From Trichoplax adhaerens (taxonomy: Eukaryota > Animalia > Placozoa), in the NCBI RefSeq assembly GCF_000150275.1, contig NW_002060944.1, forward strand, positions 747,614 through 811,613: a DNA stretch of 64,000 nt, in the 5' to 3' direction. This document shows positions 40,701-56,044 of this stretch, piece after piece (the first letter of the stretch is position 1; the number at the start of each line of letters is the position of its first letter). The notes beneath the pieces are model-generated. The model was not told the origin of the DNA. It did no database searches and worked only from the letters and a program-made list of their open reading frames with translations. A program made the translations under genes and the position numbers.

Positions 40701-43700
40701 CTACGTACACACTATTGAGTAATTAGGTAGCATAAATCGATAGTATGTTAGTTACCTATTTTTAAAATATCATCACGTAAATACTGATTGTGCCAGATCA
40801 AGGCTGCAAATGTAGCATCCACGGTACAATTGACTAAATTTCCTCCAATACTTTGATACCCCAAGATCTTTCGACATCTAGACAACAGTTACAAGTAAAT
40901 ATAGTTAATTTTAATGTTCTAATAGCAAAATATGCATAGTAACTAAAATTAAAAAAAAAATAGGTTATTTTCATTATCTTACCGCTTTAATAGTTTCTCT
41001 GCGTCACCCTCGTTTTTCGCTAAATCCGATATGAATTCAAATGAGGATGATGACTTGCTTCCTTCAGACGACTAAATCATTAGTAACAGATAATAGAAAT
41101 AAATACGTAAAAGCCTTTGAATTGAATAAAAGGTCCTTCAGGACATGTGACAGCGTAAGCATCGCACCGAATATACACGAAAACTATATCAATGAATCTA
41201 ATTTGTGACATACGTGGTATCCTGACAAACTCCTCGTAAGCGTTTTACCAACTTCGATTCCACCACGGAATATAGTTTGCCATATTTTATTATCCTCTAA
41301 AGTAGGCTCATCGGTTGTTGATGTAGTATCTTTAGTTAATAACTTTCGTCGAGATGAGCCTAGCCAGTATAATAGTAGATTTATACTTCCAACTATTCGG
41401 CATGCAAAATAGCCTACAAAAACTGTATGTATCGCATCATTAAGAAAATCTCACCGATATAGAGCTCTCTACATAGAAATCCGATTAAACGTCCATGGCT
41501 TAAAAACAAATCGAATAACCAAGGCAAAGAAGCTAGCTTATAACCAAAAGCAGATACCTATTTTGACAGCAAAATAAACGTTAGTATACTATAAACCGTA
41601 AGTGGTTGTGATTAGAGCTGAAATATCGACACCAAACCACCCTAATGTGTTTAGACATGCTTAATACGTTCTTACTGTTACCTTAAATTTATAACCCCAG
41701 TCCGTATTAGAACTATCCGAATTGAAAGTAAATCGTAAGTTGTGCCCTTGAAATGTTGCTTTAGTTGGCCATTTTTCAAATCCAACTTTATAATCAAACC
41801 GTTTTGTGTTTCCAGTCTTATCGACAAATTCTAAGTAATCGAAACTAGGATAAAAAATTATGCAAAAGAAAAGTAAGAAAATGACAGCAATATTGACTTC
41901 AGGTAGCTTCCAATTATAAAGATCTGTAGTTTTATGATAAATGTAATTTTGATTTTAACGAACCTACGCTCGGTTCTGCATCTTTCATCAAATTCAACTA
42001 CAAACGAATGCGCACCCGGACAATAAAATGTCTGTTCCGACATAAAAATTAATACTGAGCACGCCGTGTCCACAACTTTCATTTGATTAAGTAAATAAAA
42101 CAAAATTAAACCGCTGTAATGACTGACCTTTGTAACATGCAAGTTGTTTTCGTAGTTGTGGTTTGATTCTTCATTCCAAATACGAAGTTCCACCTTGTCC
42201 TCAACACATTCCCAAGCAAGATCGTTCAGCTAGTTAAAATAGAAGCGATGTAAACGTTACTATTGTCTTGAAATGAAGCATAAAATTGGTAGTCACATGA
42301 TTATATCACAAACCGTAAAAAACAACTTCGGTAGGACAGCTGCCAATTTAATCAATTTTACAGTGATTGGTTGGAATGTATCTACGACAAACTTATGGAT
42401 TGTATTGACTTCCTTAACTATGAAAGGAAGTAGTAACATCTGCAAAAATTACACAAATGAATAAGTCATCACTTTCGATTTACGCGCAAGGCTTAAAATT
42501 TAGAGTACAAAACCAAATTTTTTTCTGGCACCATTGCTACAGTTTTGATGTAATTACTTACTAATTCTCTGCATGTCACTGAAAGAAATGTGTGTCTTGT
42601 CCATAGAACGACTTGCTCCTATATATTAAAAAGAAATTTAAGATAAGCGATATTTGAAATTAAAAGTAAGTAGAAATTCAGGGTATCTTAATCATATCAT
42701 TTCTGGTAGCTTACTGTTGCGAATATGAGAGTCATTCTTATGTCAAGACAATACTAAACGAACAATAAGTTACCTTGTTGACGGCATCTTGCAATAGTAC
42801 TTCTAAACATATATTCATTCTTTTAACAACAACGGTTGTATCTAAAATGCGATAACAACAAAATTGCAATGTTCTCAAGATACAATGCCATTTTATAAAA
42901 GAGATTGGATAAACATTCTGATTAAATTATAGGACAATTACGGAACTAACATTTATTAATAAGATCTTCAATTTGACGACGTATTTTTATATCAGTAATT
43001 GGCTTTCGTAGCTGATTATAACACCAAGAGAACAGGTATCTTTGCAATACATTAAGTAGTTGCGTAATACCAGTGGGTTTATATTCTTCATCATGATAGT
43101 GGTATGCTCGCATAATTGATTCACACTAAAATTTAGAAAATAGTTCCAATTAGACAAACAATAAATTCTAGTCCATAGTAACATCAATATAACTATTACA
43201 ATTTCATGAAACTTTATAGATAACATTTCTAATTGGATTTATATATTGGAATAGTATCATTTGTGCAATTGATTATTATAACAATCTCAATTAAATTCCG
43301 TTACAGAGCTACATATTTATAATCATACCTCTCGGAAGGATAATTCCAACACCTTCTGGATAATCTTTAGGGCATGTGATAAATCGCTTTCCTAACAAAG
43401 ATTAATTTTTTAAGTCATATCATTTAGCCTTTCATTCTACATATCTGCTTACAAATTATGAGTAAGGAAATAAGAGCTTATCGAACTATTTCTTACAGAT
43501 GTTACATTCTCAGGTAATTTTAGAAGAAACATAGCATGACCAGATATAAAATAACGGCAGAGCGATCTTAAGGTTACGGCTACCGAATGATCCGATCTTC
43601 GTCCCTAACAGAATAGCGTAATAACATTTTGCAATTTCACATAGATCGACAAGATATTTAATAACTACAATTGAAGATAGTGACAACACAATAATCGATT

Positions 43701-46700
43701 TTAAGTATTAACCGTTGAAATTTTTATCTTTAATTCATCGAGAAGTTCAGCTAAGTATTGACAACAGGTTTCAGGTCGTGGGAAAAATACCTCAGTACCT
43801 AAATTATTCATGATGAATACGAGTACATGTCAGAATTATCTACAGACACAACGATACCTTTACAAATTACACTACTTGCCTTCAATAATTGAAGCTGTAA
43901 CTATTGCTACCAGTGAATGATCACTGTTGATAGAATTATCATTAACTAAGCTACAAAGATGAGAAAACATTTCCTGACGGCTAGCCACTGTTGCATCCTA
44001 TAAGGATTAAGGAGATTATCCGGAATAAATTTTGATATAAATTTAAAGGTATCAAAAAAGATCATTTTAGAGTTAAATACGTTAATTATTTACCTTATTG
44101 GCAGAGTTGTCATTATTACTTTCATTTGAATCATTTTGTAATTCTTTCCAGCTCTCAGATGTTTTCAGCCGAGGTAAGGTTAAATATAATACTCGCAGTA
44201 TCAATATCTTAGCTAGTTTTCCTTTATTATCGTTCCTATGTAATTACCATTAAAATGACCACATTGTAAAGAAGTAGTACAGTATAGTACTTGGTATTTG
44301 ACTCAAAAATAAAAATCTACAAACCTTTTCGTATAAAAAGAATATAACTTCCATATCGTACTCAAATTTAGCGAATTATTATCATGAAAAAACTAGATCA
44401 ATGAAAGAAATTTGTTACTAGTGGTAAAATTGATCCATCAGAAATCAACGACCAATCAGGCGTAGTTTACGCCAATTAAATCATTGTTACCTTATTTTTA
44501 GATACTGTAGATTGTTTTCGTAAATTTCTCTGCAAATAAAATAATTCATAAAAAAGATTATAATGTAATCATAGTTTATCAAATATAGTGCTACGTGCTT
44601 ATGCTAATAATTATATTATAAGCTATCGTATAATTGATAGGTTACGAATTATAGCATTAACAAAAATTCAATAACTATGAAGAATTAAATATTTCTATAG
44701 AGAATGGAAGATATATTAATTACAATGCTGACCTGCTTTAACAAGCAACTACAAATTAAATTAGTTACGCGAAGAACAACAGAGTCTGCTTCGATAGGAG
44801 CCGCAGCAGAGTCAGGAATTGGTGCAACGGCATCCTAGTGTTTTAAAATGAGAAATTAACTCCACCTATACATCGTTGTTTCTGTAACATTTTTAATCCT
44901 AATTTATTCTAAACTATTATTAATATTGAAGACATTTCATATTCACCACATTAATGTAATCAAATTCCGGGATCTTGGGGTATGAGAATCCAAGAAATTT
45001 TATAGATCTAATGCTTAATCGATCAGCTTCATCGCCTTGTGTTCCAAGAAGTTTAACTACAACATACTGACAGAAATAATTCTCATTATAATTATAATTA
45101 CCAACTAAAACTCGTTTGTAATACTATAAAGCCGTAAGGTTGAACAGTTTTTCATTTGCTAATCATAAAATTGCAAATCTAATAGCATGCTTCGTTAAAA
45201 TATCTATTTAATAGTATCATTACCTTTCCAGTTCTAATGACATCCATTTCGACAAATGTTTCATATCTATTCGAAAGCATGGATCATAGTACCCGAATAA
45301 AAACCCTATCCATTAATACTACGTTAGAGAAAATATTCAAATACCTATCGGACATAAAATCCATACAAACAACCGGATTTAGGTTACTTTTATCATAGGG
45401 CGATTTCGTTCTTCTATAACAGCAATATCATAATATTTTTATATGATTGTTTAAATCAAGAATTATGCTATAGATCACAATGGAATAGAATTCTTAACTG
45501 CTAACCTATCATGTATCATCTTCTCGTATTGTTCCGTTGTCATATCATCGTATTTTTTTAGATCATTGAGTAATGACTTTAGACAGAAAGAGCTATCATT
45601 CCTTCAGTAAAAAGAAATTATGCGGTAAGTTAATTATGCCTTAAAATTTGATTCTCAGTACATTTTAAAATTGAACCGGCTTACCTATTATCGTTGATTA
45701 CAAACACTAAGCAATACTTTGGACAAGTAGACCCTTTGGCAGTCTAGGATAATAACGTCAATAAAAGAACAAAAATTAGAAATGTAGTACTGATTAGAAT
45801 ACTACTGTAAAAAGAAAATTCCAATAACTTTTATGTAAACCTTAAATTTAAGAGCAGTTAGCTGCAGTACATGTGCTTCTTTTTTACAAGTAAAAACCAG
45901 TGTCGCTTTCTTTTCTCCCGTAGCAGTAGAAAAAGCTACATGATAATTTATAAAATGATTGCTATCAGTATACAAGTATGGATCATAATTATTGAGTAGA
46001 CAATGCTAGAAAAAGATCAATGATTGTCAAGCTTACTTCCACTATCTTGCAGAACAGTATCCGCTAAATTTTGATCATCTTTCGCTTGGACATCACAATA
46101 AAATAAAGATATATCCAAGGCATCTCCTATTTTTTATTTACAATTAAAGTTATTACAACGACTCAACTCTTTTCTTCATTAATACAAGAATTCATCGCAT
46201 TTCAATATTGTATAAAGTGAATTAGCAACGCATTCTTAACAAAAAGAAATTGTAACTAAAAGGATAATTATTAATTTTTCATTAGAAGGAAATCAATTTA
46301 TAGGTCAGTTTGATAAATAAAATAAAGGAATATAGCCCATGAAATATAATGTTATCAACATCAAACCTACTTGAGCTACGAAGCAACTTGTAATATTCAG
46401 CATACATTGACACCAGTAATTCTCGGCACTTTAATTTAGTTTCTGAATTATCTAATGTTAAATTTTTAACTTCAACTTAGTATTAGATTAGCATGATAAA
46501 GCAGAGATAGTTTACCCAAATCCTTGTTAATCACTTACCCACTAACAAATTTAATGCACGTATAATGCTTCCTAAATCCGCAGTAGCCAATGAAAGCGTC
46601 AGAAAACATTCTAATACTTCAGCCTTTGTATTTGGATCATTATCGCTAAAACAATATTTAAAGATATGAATTGAGGTAAATAATCAGACCAGTTAGCATT

Positions 46701-49700
46701 TCATCTTAATAACTCATAAATGAGATACGAGACTTCAAATTAGCAAAAATAAATAAACATGTTACATTCGAACATTAACACGTGCTTATTAATAATGCCC
46801 AAAAAGATGGCTCACAACTTACTCTATTAGTGCATACAGAAAATTTTCTATCGATTCTTGAGTCCTGTTGCTCAAGTATTTGATAAGATTTTGTGTTGTA
46901 GATAAACACAATGGCTTAAAATCTCTCAGTGCGATTCTATCCATTAACGGTAAAATAGAATCATCATTTCATTAATTATATCGAACATTGCTATAAAATA
47001 TAGGATTAGCAGTTACTTTGCATGATTAAGTAGAGCTTTCTTCAAGCTAGGAGATACAGGTAATGCCGCTTTAACAGTTTCAGTAACGATAGAAAGCAAC
47101 CAAGTAATAGAGCTAGATACAATATTGAGCTCAGGTGCCGGTTTAGCATATCTAAAACAAAATTCGTATGCTGTTACAGTTTAATTAAAGGCTGTAGTGG
47201 TAATGTCATAGTACTTACCGATAGCCAATCGTTTTGATACCACGAATTCGGGTATCACAGCCTCCACTATGGCAACGTTGAATGTTTATTTGAAAAACTG
47301 TAAAGTTTTGAGTAGGAACATAATACAATAAATCGAGTAAATTTGAATAGCCTAAATGCTAAATCGTTTAACTTGTAATGGGAAATCATGTTGTACCTGT
47401 ATATGAAGTGTTACTATGTCTTTCATAGACTTTGAAATAGCCATGATGAGAACTAGATAAATGATATTGACACGAAGTAAATGTAATATTTAACTTCAAA
47501 CGTAGGATTGATCACGATCAGTAATAGCTGGACAAGAAGATGTAACTACACCCAAGGGCTAAGAGGGTGTCACTTTTTCATTGCTTATTAAAGTAAATCT
47601 TAAAGTAAATCTTAAAGTAAATAAGGGCTGGACTAGCTAGCTAAGCACAGAAATGTTTTAAAAGTATACCAAATGAAAGGCAATACTTGTAAATTAATCT
47701 ATATTTCGTACTTTGGAATAGTTACTGTAGACACGATATTAACAGAGTCAGCATCAAATCCAGCAGAAACAGAAACTTGTTTGGGCATATAACTTTGGTC
47801 TACTGGAACAACATAGATACTGAGCTCTGTTAATTCAACATCCGGTTTGATACTTAGCCTAAATATATAAAAATTTTAAAGAGGATAGTAAATAGATTTT
47901 CAATTCCAAGTAAAACGTGTGTAGATGCATAAACCGATAGTATTCTAATAAGTTCCTTTACCTTATCCAATGTGTTCCTGTAATACCATCCGATTGCCAA
48001 CAAGTGTGAAAATTTCCATCCAAGAGGCTATATCAACAGGACAAAGATAATAAGATGCAAAGGGCAGCAAGAAATTTGGTCATGGTAAGAGAAATAAAGG
48101 GATATTATATATACTCGTACTTACTTATTCAACGTATCACTGTTTGATGACACCTCCAATTTTTGATGACATTTTAAACATAGTGTTCGTATTTGTTTCT
48201 CCCCGCTATCATCGTAGGTAGTACTTGCAACTAAAATGTAATCAAGTTATACCAGATATTTATTTCTAAATTAAAACCAATCCACTACATCATTATTTGC
48301 TATCGATAGAACAAAAGCACTACTACATCGCATTTCCTACTCTAGATACCTTTTAAACTCATTTCACCCATAATTTTTGCGATAGCTTTATCACGTAATG
48401 CGAAGGAATCATTGATATAGTTTAAGGGAGGAAATGGAACTGAGGTAGCCGAAATTTGATTATTTATGATATACTAGAATGAAGAAGTACTTTATTAGAA
48501 AGTTTATGTGAGACACACATATACGGTATATACCGTGTTGAAGAATAAATATTTGTAACGAAAAGCAAATATGCTCTCACCTTCATCAATGACCGATATA
48601 AATCTTTTCTCTTTCCTTCATTGGTAAGAGCATTAACACGACCTTACAAATAATCAATAAAGCAAGTCAATAACAAAGATATTAAAAAGCAACGCATATT
48701 TCCTTTCGCATTGACTATAACACGCTCAGAAAAATGCATTTTTATAACTTTTATTTCATTAACTGTAATGTAACTTACCAGGTGTCAGCGGACACGTTGT
48801 AAACATGTAATTGCTTCCATTTAATTCATCATTTTGTGAGCGAAAGCGCTGCTTGAAAAGCTATTTCAGTATAGATGGAAATGTGGATAAACATATCTGT
48901 TAATTAGATCTAGAAACTTTGACTAATGAGTTATACTATAGGAGCAGTAATTTTAGCTGGTTCTGATATTAGTCACAGACTAACCTCCATAAAGTCTTTA
49001 CTATTTATGATACCTTGACCTTCAATATCGAGCTGATCGAAAGCCTGTAATAATAACACGTCGACTTTTATTATTAAAAGCGTTCGTATTCGAATCTTGC
49101 TTTTATCAATTCTACATTGAGGCTACTGAAACTTACCTCAGCACCTTTCTCTGCAGTAAGTCCATGAGATTCCAAAAAATTGATAAATTGAAATTTGGTG
49201 ACAGAATTCTAAACAGGGTAACAAAACAGATTGTTATAGAAGTATCTCCTCTAATTGTCCGCTTTACTACGACACAGGCCAATAGGTCTTTGCTCATCAT
49301 ACTATATATACTGGTAAATGTGTGTTGCCAGACTATTTAATTAAAGTAAAGTATGTTGCCAACTAAGCTTACAGAATATTCATTCAATTTTACAGACTAG
49401 CCATAGATACAGTAGTCAGTGCGTAATGTACGGTAGTAGTCATTGCTATTAAGGGATACGGTAGATAAGCTTAATCTTCTATCACTCCCATCAAGACTTT
49501 GCACTTATCCTACATGGCTGCAATTTTTTTTGATACATGCATGTTTTAATTGCAAGTCAACGTATAAAAATGGAATGGCGATGATATCAAGGCAAGGAAG
49601 CATCTTTGTCTACAAAGTCATTCAAATAGAATGATCAAAAAAATTCTATCTGCAAATTGTTACAACTATACAAGTAATATTGCCCACCCATTGCCTTTGC

Positions 49701-52700
49701 TATTTATAAAAGTATTTGAACCAACAAGGTTATACTTGTATATCTATATATTGCGAATAAAATTTACGACTATTTATGCTATACTGTATACTGTAAATAA
49801 ATCCAAGATCAATTTTAAACGTCATATTGGCATCTATCCATGATATACCTCACGCCTTTCTGCTCTATCTTCAAGCCATGCTATCGTTGTTGATAAAACA
49901 TCGCTAATGGATAATTCTACTTTATCGCTGCTATGTAAGACAGTGAATAATACGCCAATTTTAATTTCGAGAATTAATTAGTCAATCAAAGTAGATTAAA
50001 TTAACTACAATTATAAATGTTTATTACGGTGCGATGACGGAGACACTAGACGAAATTTATAACAGAATGGACTATGATCCTTTCTGTTTGCATTTCTGAT
50101 ATTCTATTGTATATTCAGTTTAATTTCATGTCGTTTTCTATTTCTATCTATTACATTTATTATAGCATTCACTTTCATTGACATATAGTAGTACGTTAAG
50201 ATTCTATTACTATCATTCTTAATTTCCACATTTATTACTGTTACCATTGCAATCACTTACGATGTTACAAATTTTCGTAAACTTTCTAGATTAAAAAGAT
50301 CACAAATTTCTTCATTATTTACAAGTTCAGTGTTCTAAAATGGAGAAAAAGCAATTACAGATTCATATCCATTCTGTGCATTAATTCATGCAGTCTATTA
50401 CGATAAGCATATGACTCAATCATTATCTACCGTAAGCAATCTACTAGTTTGCTAAGTCAAAATGGCTGCTAGAATATCGAAAACAGTACTACTATCTCAA
50501 TCGATAGAGGGATCACTTTATTAACTGTAAGCAATTTAAGACGAAACCATAACAGCTTAGAGCATAATGTAACGAATGTAATATGTTTTATTGCCTTCAA
50601 GTCTGGATAATCTTGAACTACTGTCTGAAATAACAAGATAATCTATTACAAGTTACGAACATTACATAACATGGAGGAAGAATACTTTTCTGTTGCTCAT
50701 CAATACTCTCTGGGTTATCAAGTTGAAAATTCAACAGCACGAAGGGAATAGATGTAAAACTCTGTAGAGTCAAAGTCTACAATATCCTGTCATAGTCTAT
50801 GTATATATATATTTATATATTGCAATCAACACATGAAGTGGCAGTGAGTTATTAAGGGTAAATCTTTCAACACGGTCTTTGTAACATATTCCCTTGTTTA
50901 AGACGACAAATAGAGTTGCATGGAATGGTCTACATTGGTTAATGATAGGGTAGAAGAAGGTTAAGACGATGCATACCAATCGTGGATAAATGGGGTTTCC
51001 TAACCTGTAGTACTGTATGTAGGACTTGTACAAGTTGTTTGTATTACAAATGATATGAAATAGAATTTCTCCTTGCCTAAGACTTGAACGATAATAAAGG
51101 TGTTTGGATAAATAATTCTGCCATGATTCAAGTCCTAGTGAAGAGTGGATTGGCGATTCTTCTATTATGTAATCCAGTTTAATCAGGATTGACCACAAGT
51201 TAATTAATCCAATTTATTTTATTATGATGGGGTAATTTAGTTAAAAGTACTCTTGGGCCCAATCCAAGATAGACACAATGAAACGAAATTTAAAGCTAGT
51301 GTATTTATCATTTTATCCAGTTAAATCAAGAATGACTACAAATCATTTAATTCTATTGATTTCATTGTGATGGAGTTTATTGCAAAGTACCGTGGCCCCA
51401 ATCAACGGTGACATGGTCCAATCACTTTTATAGCATAAATTAATGAATTTAATTGATTTCATGATGATGAAGAAATTGATCAGAAAGTATCCAGATCCCT
51501 ACCAACGATAGACAGACATAATCAAGCGACTTTTTGGAGCTCTTTTTTTCCATGATTTAATCCAGTTGAATTAGAAATGATGACAAAGCATGGACTACTA
51601 GAAAAACGACACGATTTTTTTTCTAGTAATCCATGCCATAAGCTAACTAATCCAAGTTATTTGATGGTGATGGAGTCATTGATATTCTTGGAAAGTAACT
51701 AGGCCCCAATCACCGATGGACACAGTCCAACGTGATTGAGATGCCTGAATCCATGTTCTACTATGTATGGATTGGCAACGGGAAAAATTGCAAAATGACG
51801 ATCTATGTAGTTTATCCATGCTGTAATATCCAAGCTTTACTATTGGAATGGTTATCAAGAGGATGAATTGATTCGTAGTATAATTTACGAAGAGTTTACT
51901 CTCTGTAAATAAAATACTACTAAGCTGGAAGAGCGGTGTTATCTACTTCAATGATAATTTCATACCAACATGTCCATTTGTCCAGTCTATCATTTCTACT
52001 TTCTTTATGACATAACTCTAGCAAGTCTTACTTGCAATGATCAGAAGATACTCATTCATCATTCAGAATTGACTGCCAAAAAATACTACTGTATTCCCCT
52101 TCAAATTATGGTGTTATCCGTGGAACATGTCCACTCTATCATTTCTACTTTCTTTACCACACAACTCTAGCAAGTCTTACTAGGAATGATGAGAATATAG
52201 TCATTCATCTATCAGAGTTGGCTCCATAAAGTATTATTCCCTTAAAATTGCGATGCTATCCGTAAAATTGAATCATAAGTTTACACCAATAGGTCCAGTA
52301 AATCATTTCTACTCTGTGCATGACAAAACTCTAGGCGTCTTATTACTAGCAATGATCAGAATATACCCAATCATCAATCAAAGTTGGCTAAAAAATAAAT
52401 ACAACACTACCAACTTCTTTTCACGGCTGAGTTGTATGAAAGTCTTGCTGGGAATGATCAGAATATATCCACTAATATATCAGCTATCCTTGATTATTTC
52501 AATATCATTTCCTATATTATTAATAGACCTAAATTCGACTGTACCATTTTGACAAGGGAAAAATTGAGTAAACAAGAAGAAATAGTCAAGCTATCCTTGA
52601 TCATTTCTATTCGTCTATGTAATCGATGTGTTCTACAAGTTAAACAAGTACAATCACAACGCCAAGGCAAGTAAACAAGCGCAAAATGTCCCGTTGGAGT

Positions 52701-55277
52701 AGAATAGACATGATCAAGACTCTCGTCATCGTGGAAATACTCGTAAGATCAAAAGTCCAAACGATCATTTTCCACGGTTCCAATCGGCAATTACTGACGA
52801 TCGAAAGGCAGAATCGGCATGTTTTTAGTATTTGTTTTTATTGTTGTCGTCCTCCATGTCGACATGTCGACATGGAGATGGCGATAAAATAGCGATCTAA
52901 ACTCGAATGCACAATCGTTGAACAAGTAATTCTATCCTCGTAAATTAGGGTGAATAGGGCGTCTAAAAGCAATGCTTTTGGAAAGGAGTAGGGTGGACAA
53001 GGTCAAGATCTCACTCAAGGCTTACTAGGGACAAGATGGAAACTACAATATTGTCTAGTTCAATCCTATTCCCGTTTCAGCCGGCAGTAAGGGATTATTG
53101 ATTGCAGGCGGGATTTTTTTAGCCATTTTTAAATCATGATCATTCTTGGCGCAATACACGTAGAAAAATAGAGCAATCTAGAATTCTAGATGCCTTTATC
53201 AATCCTCGTCGAGTAGAATAACTCCCTTTCCTTTCAGAATCCTTGTCCAATGGAACCGTAAAAGAAGACCCCCACCCGGTCAAGGTTATTCGAAAAACAT
53301 GAGTAGAAAGGAGAATCCATTTTGTACGCGTAGTTTAATCCGATGGTAGTGGGCCATGTTGATGTCAACTAGAACAATCTACCGACTGGTTTCCACGTTT
53401 ACAGTAGTTTATTTTGGTTGCTAGAATCACGTCGAAAATGCACATCAATTATTCTTCTACTTAGTAGAATCCAATCGTATAGTAAACTGTAGTATTCCAA
53501 TCGAAATCAATTCTAGCAAACTATCGATCGCCGACTAGGCATTCATGAATAAAGAGAAGTATTGCTGGCAACTGGAACCTTGCACAATCCAATCAGTATA
53601 AGAGTATCGTCGTCTTCAAGTTGAAAATTCATTCAACCTGCCAATTCATTGCAGGCTAGATATGAAAAAACAGTAAGAAAATATGGCTGCAAACTGCAAC
53701 CTTGTCCAACTTTAATCCAGTCGTTCAGTATAGTAGACTGGTTGAAAATCAACTGGAGCTCATCGATTGCAGGTTCGATATTAAGAAAAAACATTGCTCC
53801 CAACGGTAACCTTGAATTGTAGAATATACCCGTATAGTATTCAAGTTGAAATCAACAGCTTTATCGATTGCAGGCTAAACTGCTTTCATGTGTATGTTTG
53901 TGGTACTACATATGGAAAAGGTTGATTCAAATGCATCTTTCATTTCGTCGAGTAGATCAAGTCCTTTGAAAGGTAAATAAATAAGCCTCTTTTGCAATAA
54001 AGAATGAACATTGTCAAGAACTTGTTCGCATTTGGATCTGAACGATATCGTAATTCAGTTGGAATCATGATCGATGGCAGAATAGAATTGCGTTGAAAAG
54101 ACATCATGTTATGCCAAGTACGCATAGCAAATGGAGTTGAAGATCGATTTCAGAAGAGTTCTTAGACTGATCATGTCCAAAGTTGGAAGGTATTCGTCTA
54201 CATTAATAACGGGGTATTAGAAAGTAATCTACAGTGATCTAATGAACATGGTCAAGACCCTTGTTGCCGTTGTTAGGAAATAGAGACGAAAACGACCATT
54301 TCGACTAGTTTAATGGCATTATCGTGGGTAGTATTGAAGTTGGAAATCAATCATCGGCTCTCGATGGAGATTGGACATGTTTTGGAGTGTTTATTTTGGG
54401 GGAGCGATGGGAATCCCTGTAAGCCCTGCTAGGATAGATATCTACCGGCTCAGGGTTGGCGTAAATCCAAGACAAGAAGTTATCCCGATCGCCATAAGCA
54501 CGAGCGGAATCTTATGACAATGATGGATCGATTTCTACTACTCCATCATGGCAATAAAACTTGTCTTGATTAAGAAAGCTATGGCCTAGACAAGATCATG
54601 GATGGCATTTTCCATTCGATCGCAATGATCAAGCAGCAAGAAGGACGCGATCGGGTTGATCATCATCGCTCAAGTAGGCGAATTCAGCGACGATGACGAT
54701 GCATTTCAATCATCAGGAATCAATAAACTCTATCCAAGGAAATCATCATCATTCGTTGTCGATCCATTGCTTAAGATCGATAGAAATGGATGGAAATGAT
54801 TGAAATGTTATGTCCAAAAGGATTGCTGATAGAAAAATAATAACAATACTATGTTGGCAATCCGAGCCATGTTGATGATGGCTGCATGATACTGCAAGTC
54901 TGCTCGATTGCTGTCAAAGAGTAGTGCATCAAGTTTGCATCATGATAGATCGACTTGGTCATACTTCAAGTCTACCTATGGCATAAATCCATCTTGGCCA
55001 CTCGATGCAAACTATGCCAATCTTGATGGTAGCGAACAAGAAATGGATAACTTTGCATCAAGCTTTGGCCATTAGGAGTCGGATTGGACGTATGACTCAG
55101 CTGTCCAACCATGTCGCTAGTCTAACGTCATGACTGAACAGGCTGAATGCGAGTAAACCCTATCAAATGTCAAGCCGACTAGACGCTAACTTTCCGTCTT
55201 ACCTCAGTGTCCGATTCATCCAACAGCTCGTCGCTTTCGTTACTGTCTTCTCCAGAATTCGATTCTACATTACCCAT
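31784..55277 (-). CDS. ZZEF1: Zinc finger ZZ-type and EF-hand domain-containing protein 1 ortholog (dozens of exons)
   Basis: Exon 1 (55277-55203) 'MGNVESNSGEDSNESDELLDESDTE' + GTAAG joins in phase to the exon at 50334 'NTELVNNEE'. It is followed by EF-hand 'AFDQLDIEGQGIINSKDFME' (~49000), DOC/APC10 'CWQSDGITGTHWIRL...DQSYMPKQVSV...QINIQRCHSGGCDTRIRG' (47218-48030), CUB-like 'EESNHNYENN...VVEFDERCRTERRFDYLEF...DWGYKFKV' (41680-42190), two ZZ fingers (37925-38590), a second CUB-like domain (32870-33440) and 'LTDLFLLTE', ending at TAA 31786-31784. Domain order matches ZZEF1 as I recall it. Not every exon was resolved. Confidence 0.93.
51200..53880. repeat. Degenerate tandem repeat blocks in ZZEF1 intron 1
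   Basis: Three families: 'gatgg..aaagta..ggccccaatc..gacac' x~4 (51205-51740), 'catttctact..aactctagcaagtcttact..aatgatcagaa' x~4 (51990-52480) and 'aaccttg..gttgaaaat..attgcaggct' x~3 (53560-53880). Confidence 0.65.
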
Positions 55278-56044
55278 TGCCAATAAGATTGCTTCCTTTA
55301 TCAATCAAGATGGCAAGAAATAAATTAAAACTTGGATATAACCGCTGGCCAGGGATTAATGTCCGGCAATATTCTGATTCTCTTAATCGATGACGAAGAA
55401 GAGAGTCTATCAAGGAATGACAGTCTGTCCGTCGGTAGTAGATGGGTTGACGGACGTTCGGACAGTGGGAAGTGTTTTCCAAGGCTGTACAGTGTCTGGT
55501 TTGGTATTACAGTGTATAGGCTTTTGTATAAGAAATGGGAGTCAACCTGGGGTATCCCATGTTAGCAGTTTCCTTCTGAGTGTGCTCAGAATACCCGTCA
55601 CTTTCGACCGAGTAGTCTACCTACGAAAGCATAGCACCGTAAACTATGGCTGTCTATCAGAAGAAAGTAAATACGTCAAGAGACTATAAGCTGGAGTCTA
55701 CTCTGTGTAGTAATATAGCATACAGTATTAAGGTCTGATTGCATCCAATCGTTCTAGCTGGAGCTCAATGGAGTCCTAAGCCAGACAATCGTATAATTAT
55801 TTTCAATCGAGGCAACAGACCTCGCTGGAGTCGAGGAGAGCCTTCATATTATTCATTATCACGTCCATGTTTTTACTCGATCTACATGTGCTATGCAGCT
55901 TGTCAGTCTAGACTCGTATACGAGAATTTTGAGCAGCAGTAGCGTACAGCTTGTGCAATGTGCAGCGTGCAGGCCATGACAACAGAATGCTTCTTCTTCT
56001 ACAAGTTTACTGCACGATGCACTAGGCAGTCTAGGCGCTAGAGC

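Noticed and set aside
47589-47622. 12-bp x3 repeat TAAAGTAAATCT
   Set aside because: Ordinary slippage repeat in an intron.
32268-49843. Short plus-strand ORFs and stand-alone minus-strand ORFs in the track
   Set aside because: They are antisense shadows or single exons plus intron read-through of ZZEF1.
55270-55689. Overlapping ORFs near the ZZEF1 start as genes or a uORF
   Set aside because: The minus-strand ORF begins at TTG, none resembles a known family, and the higher GC here makes chance ORFs likely.
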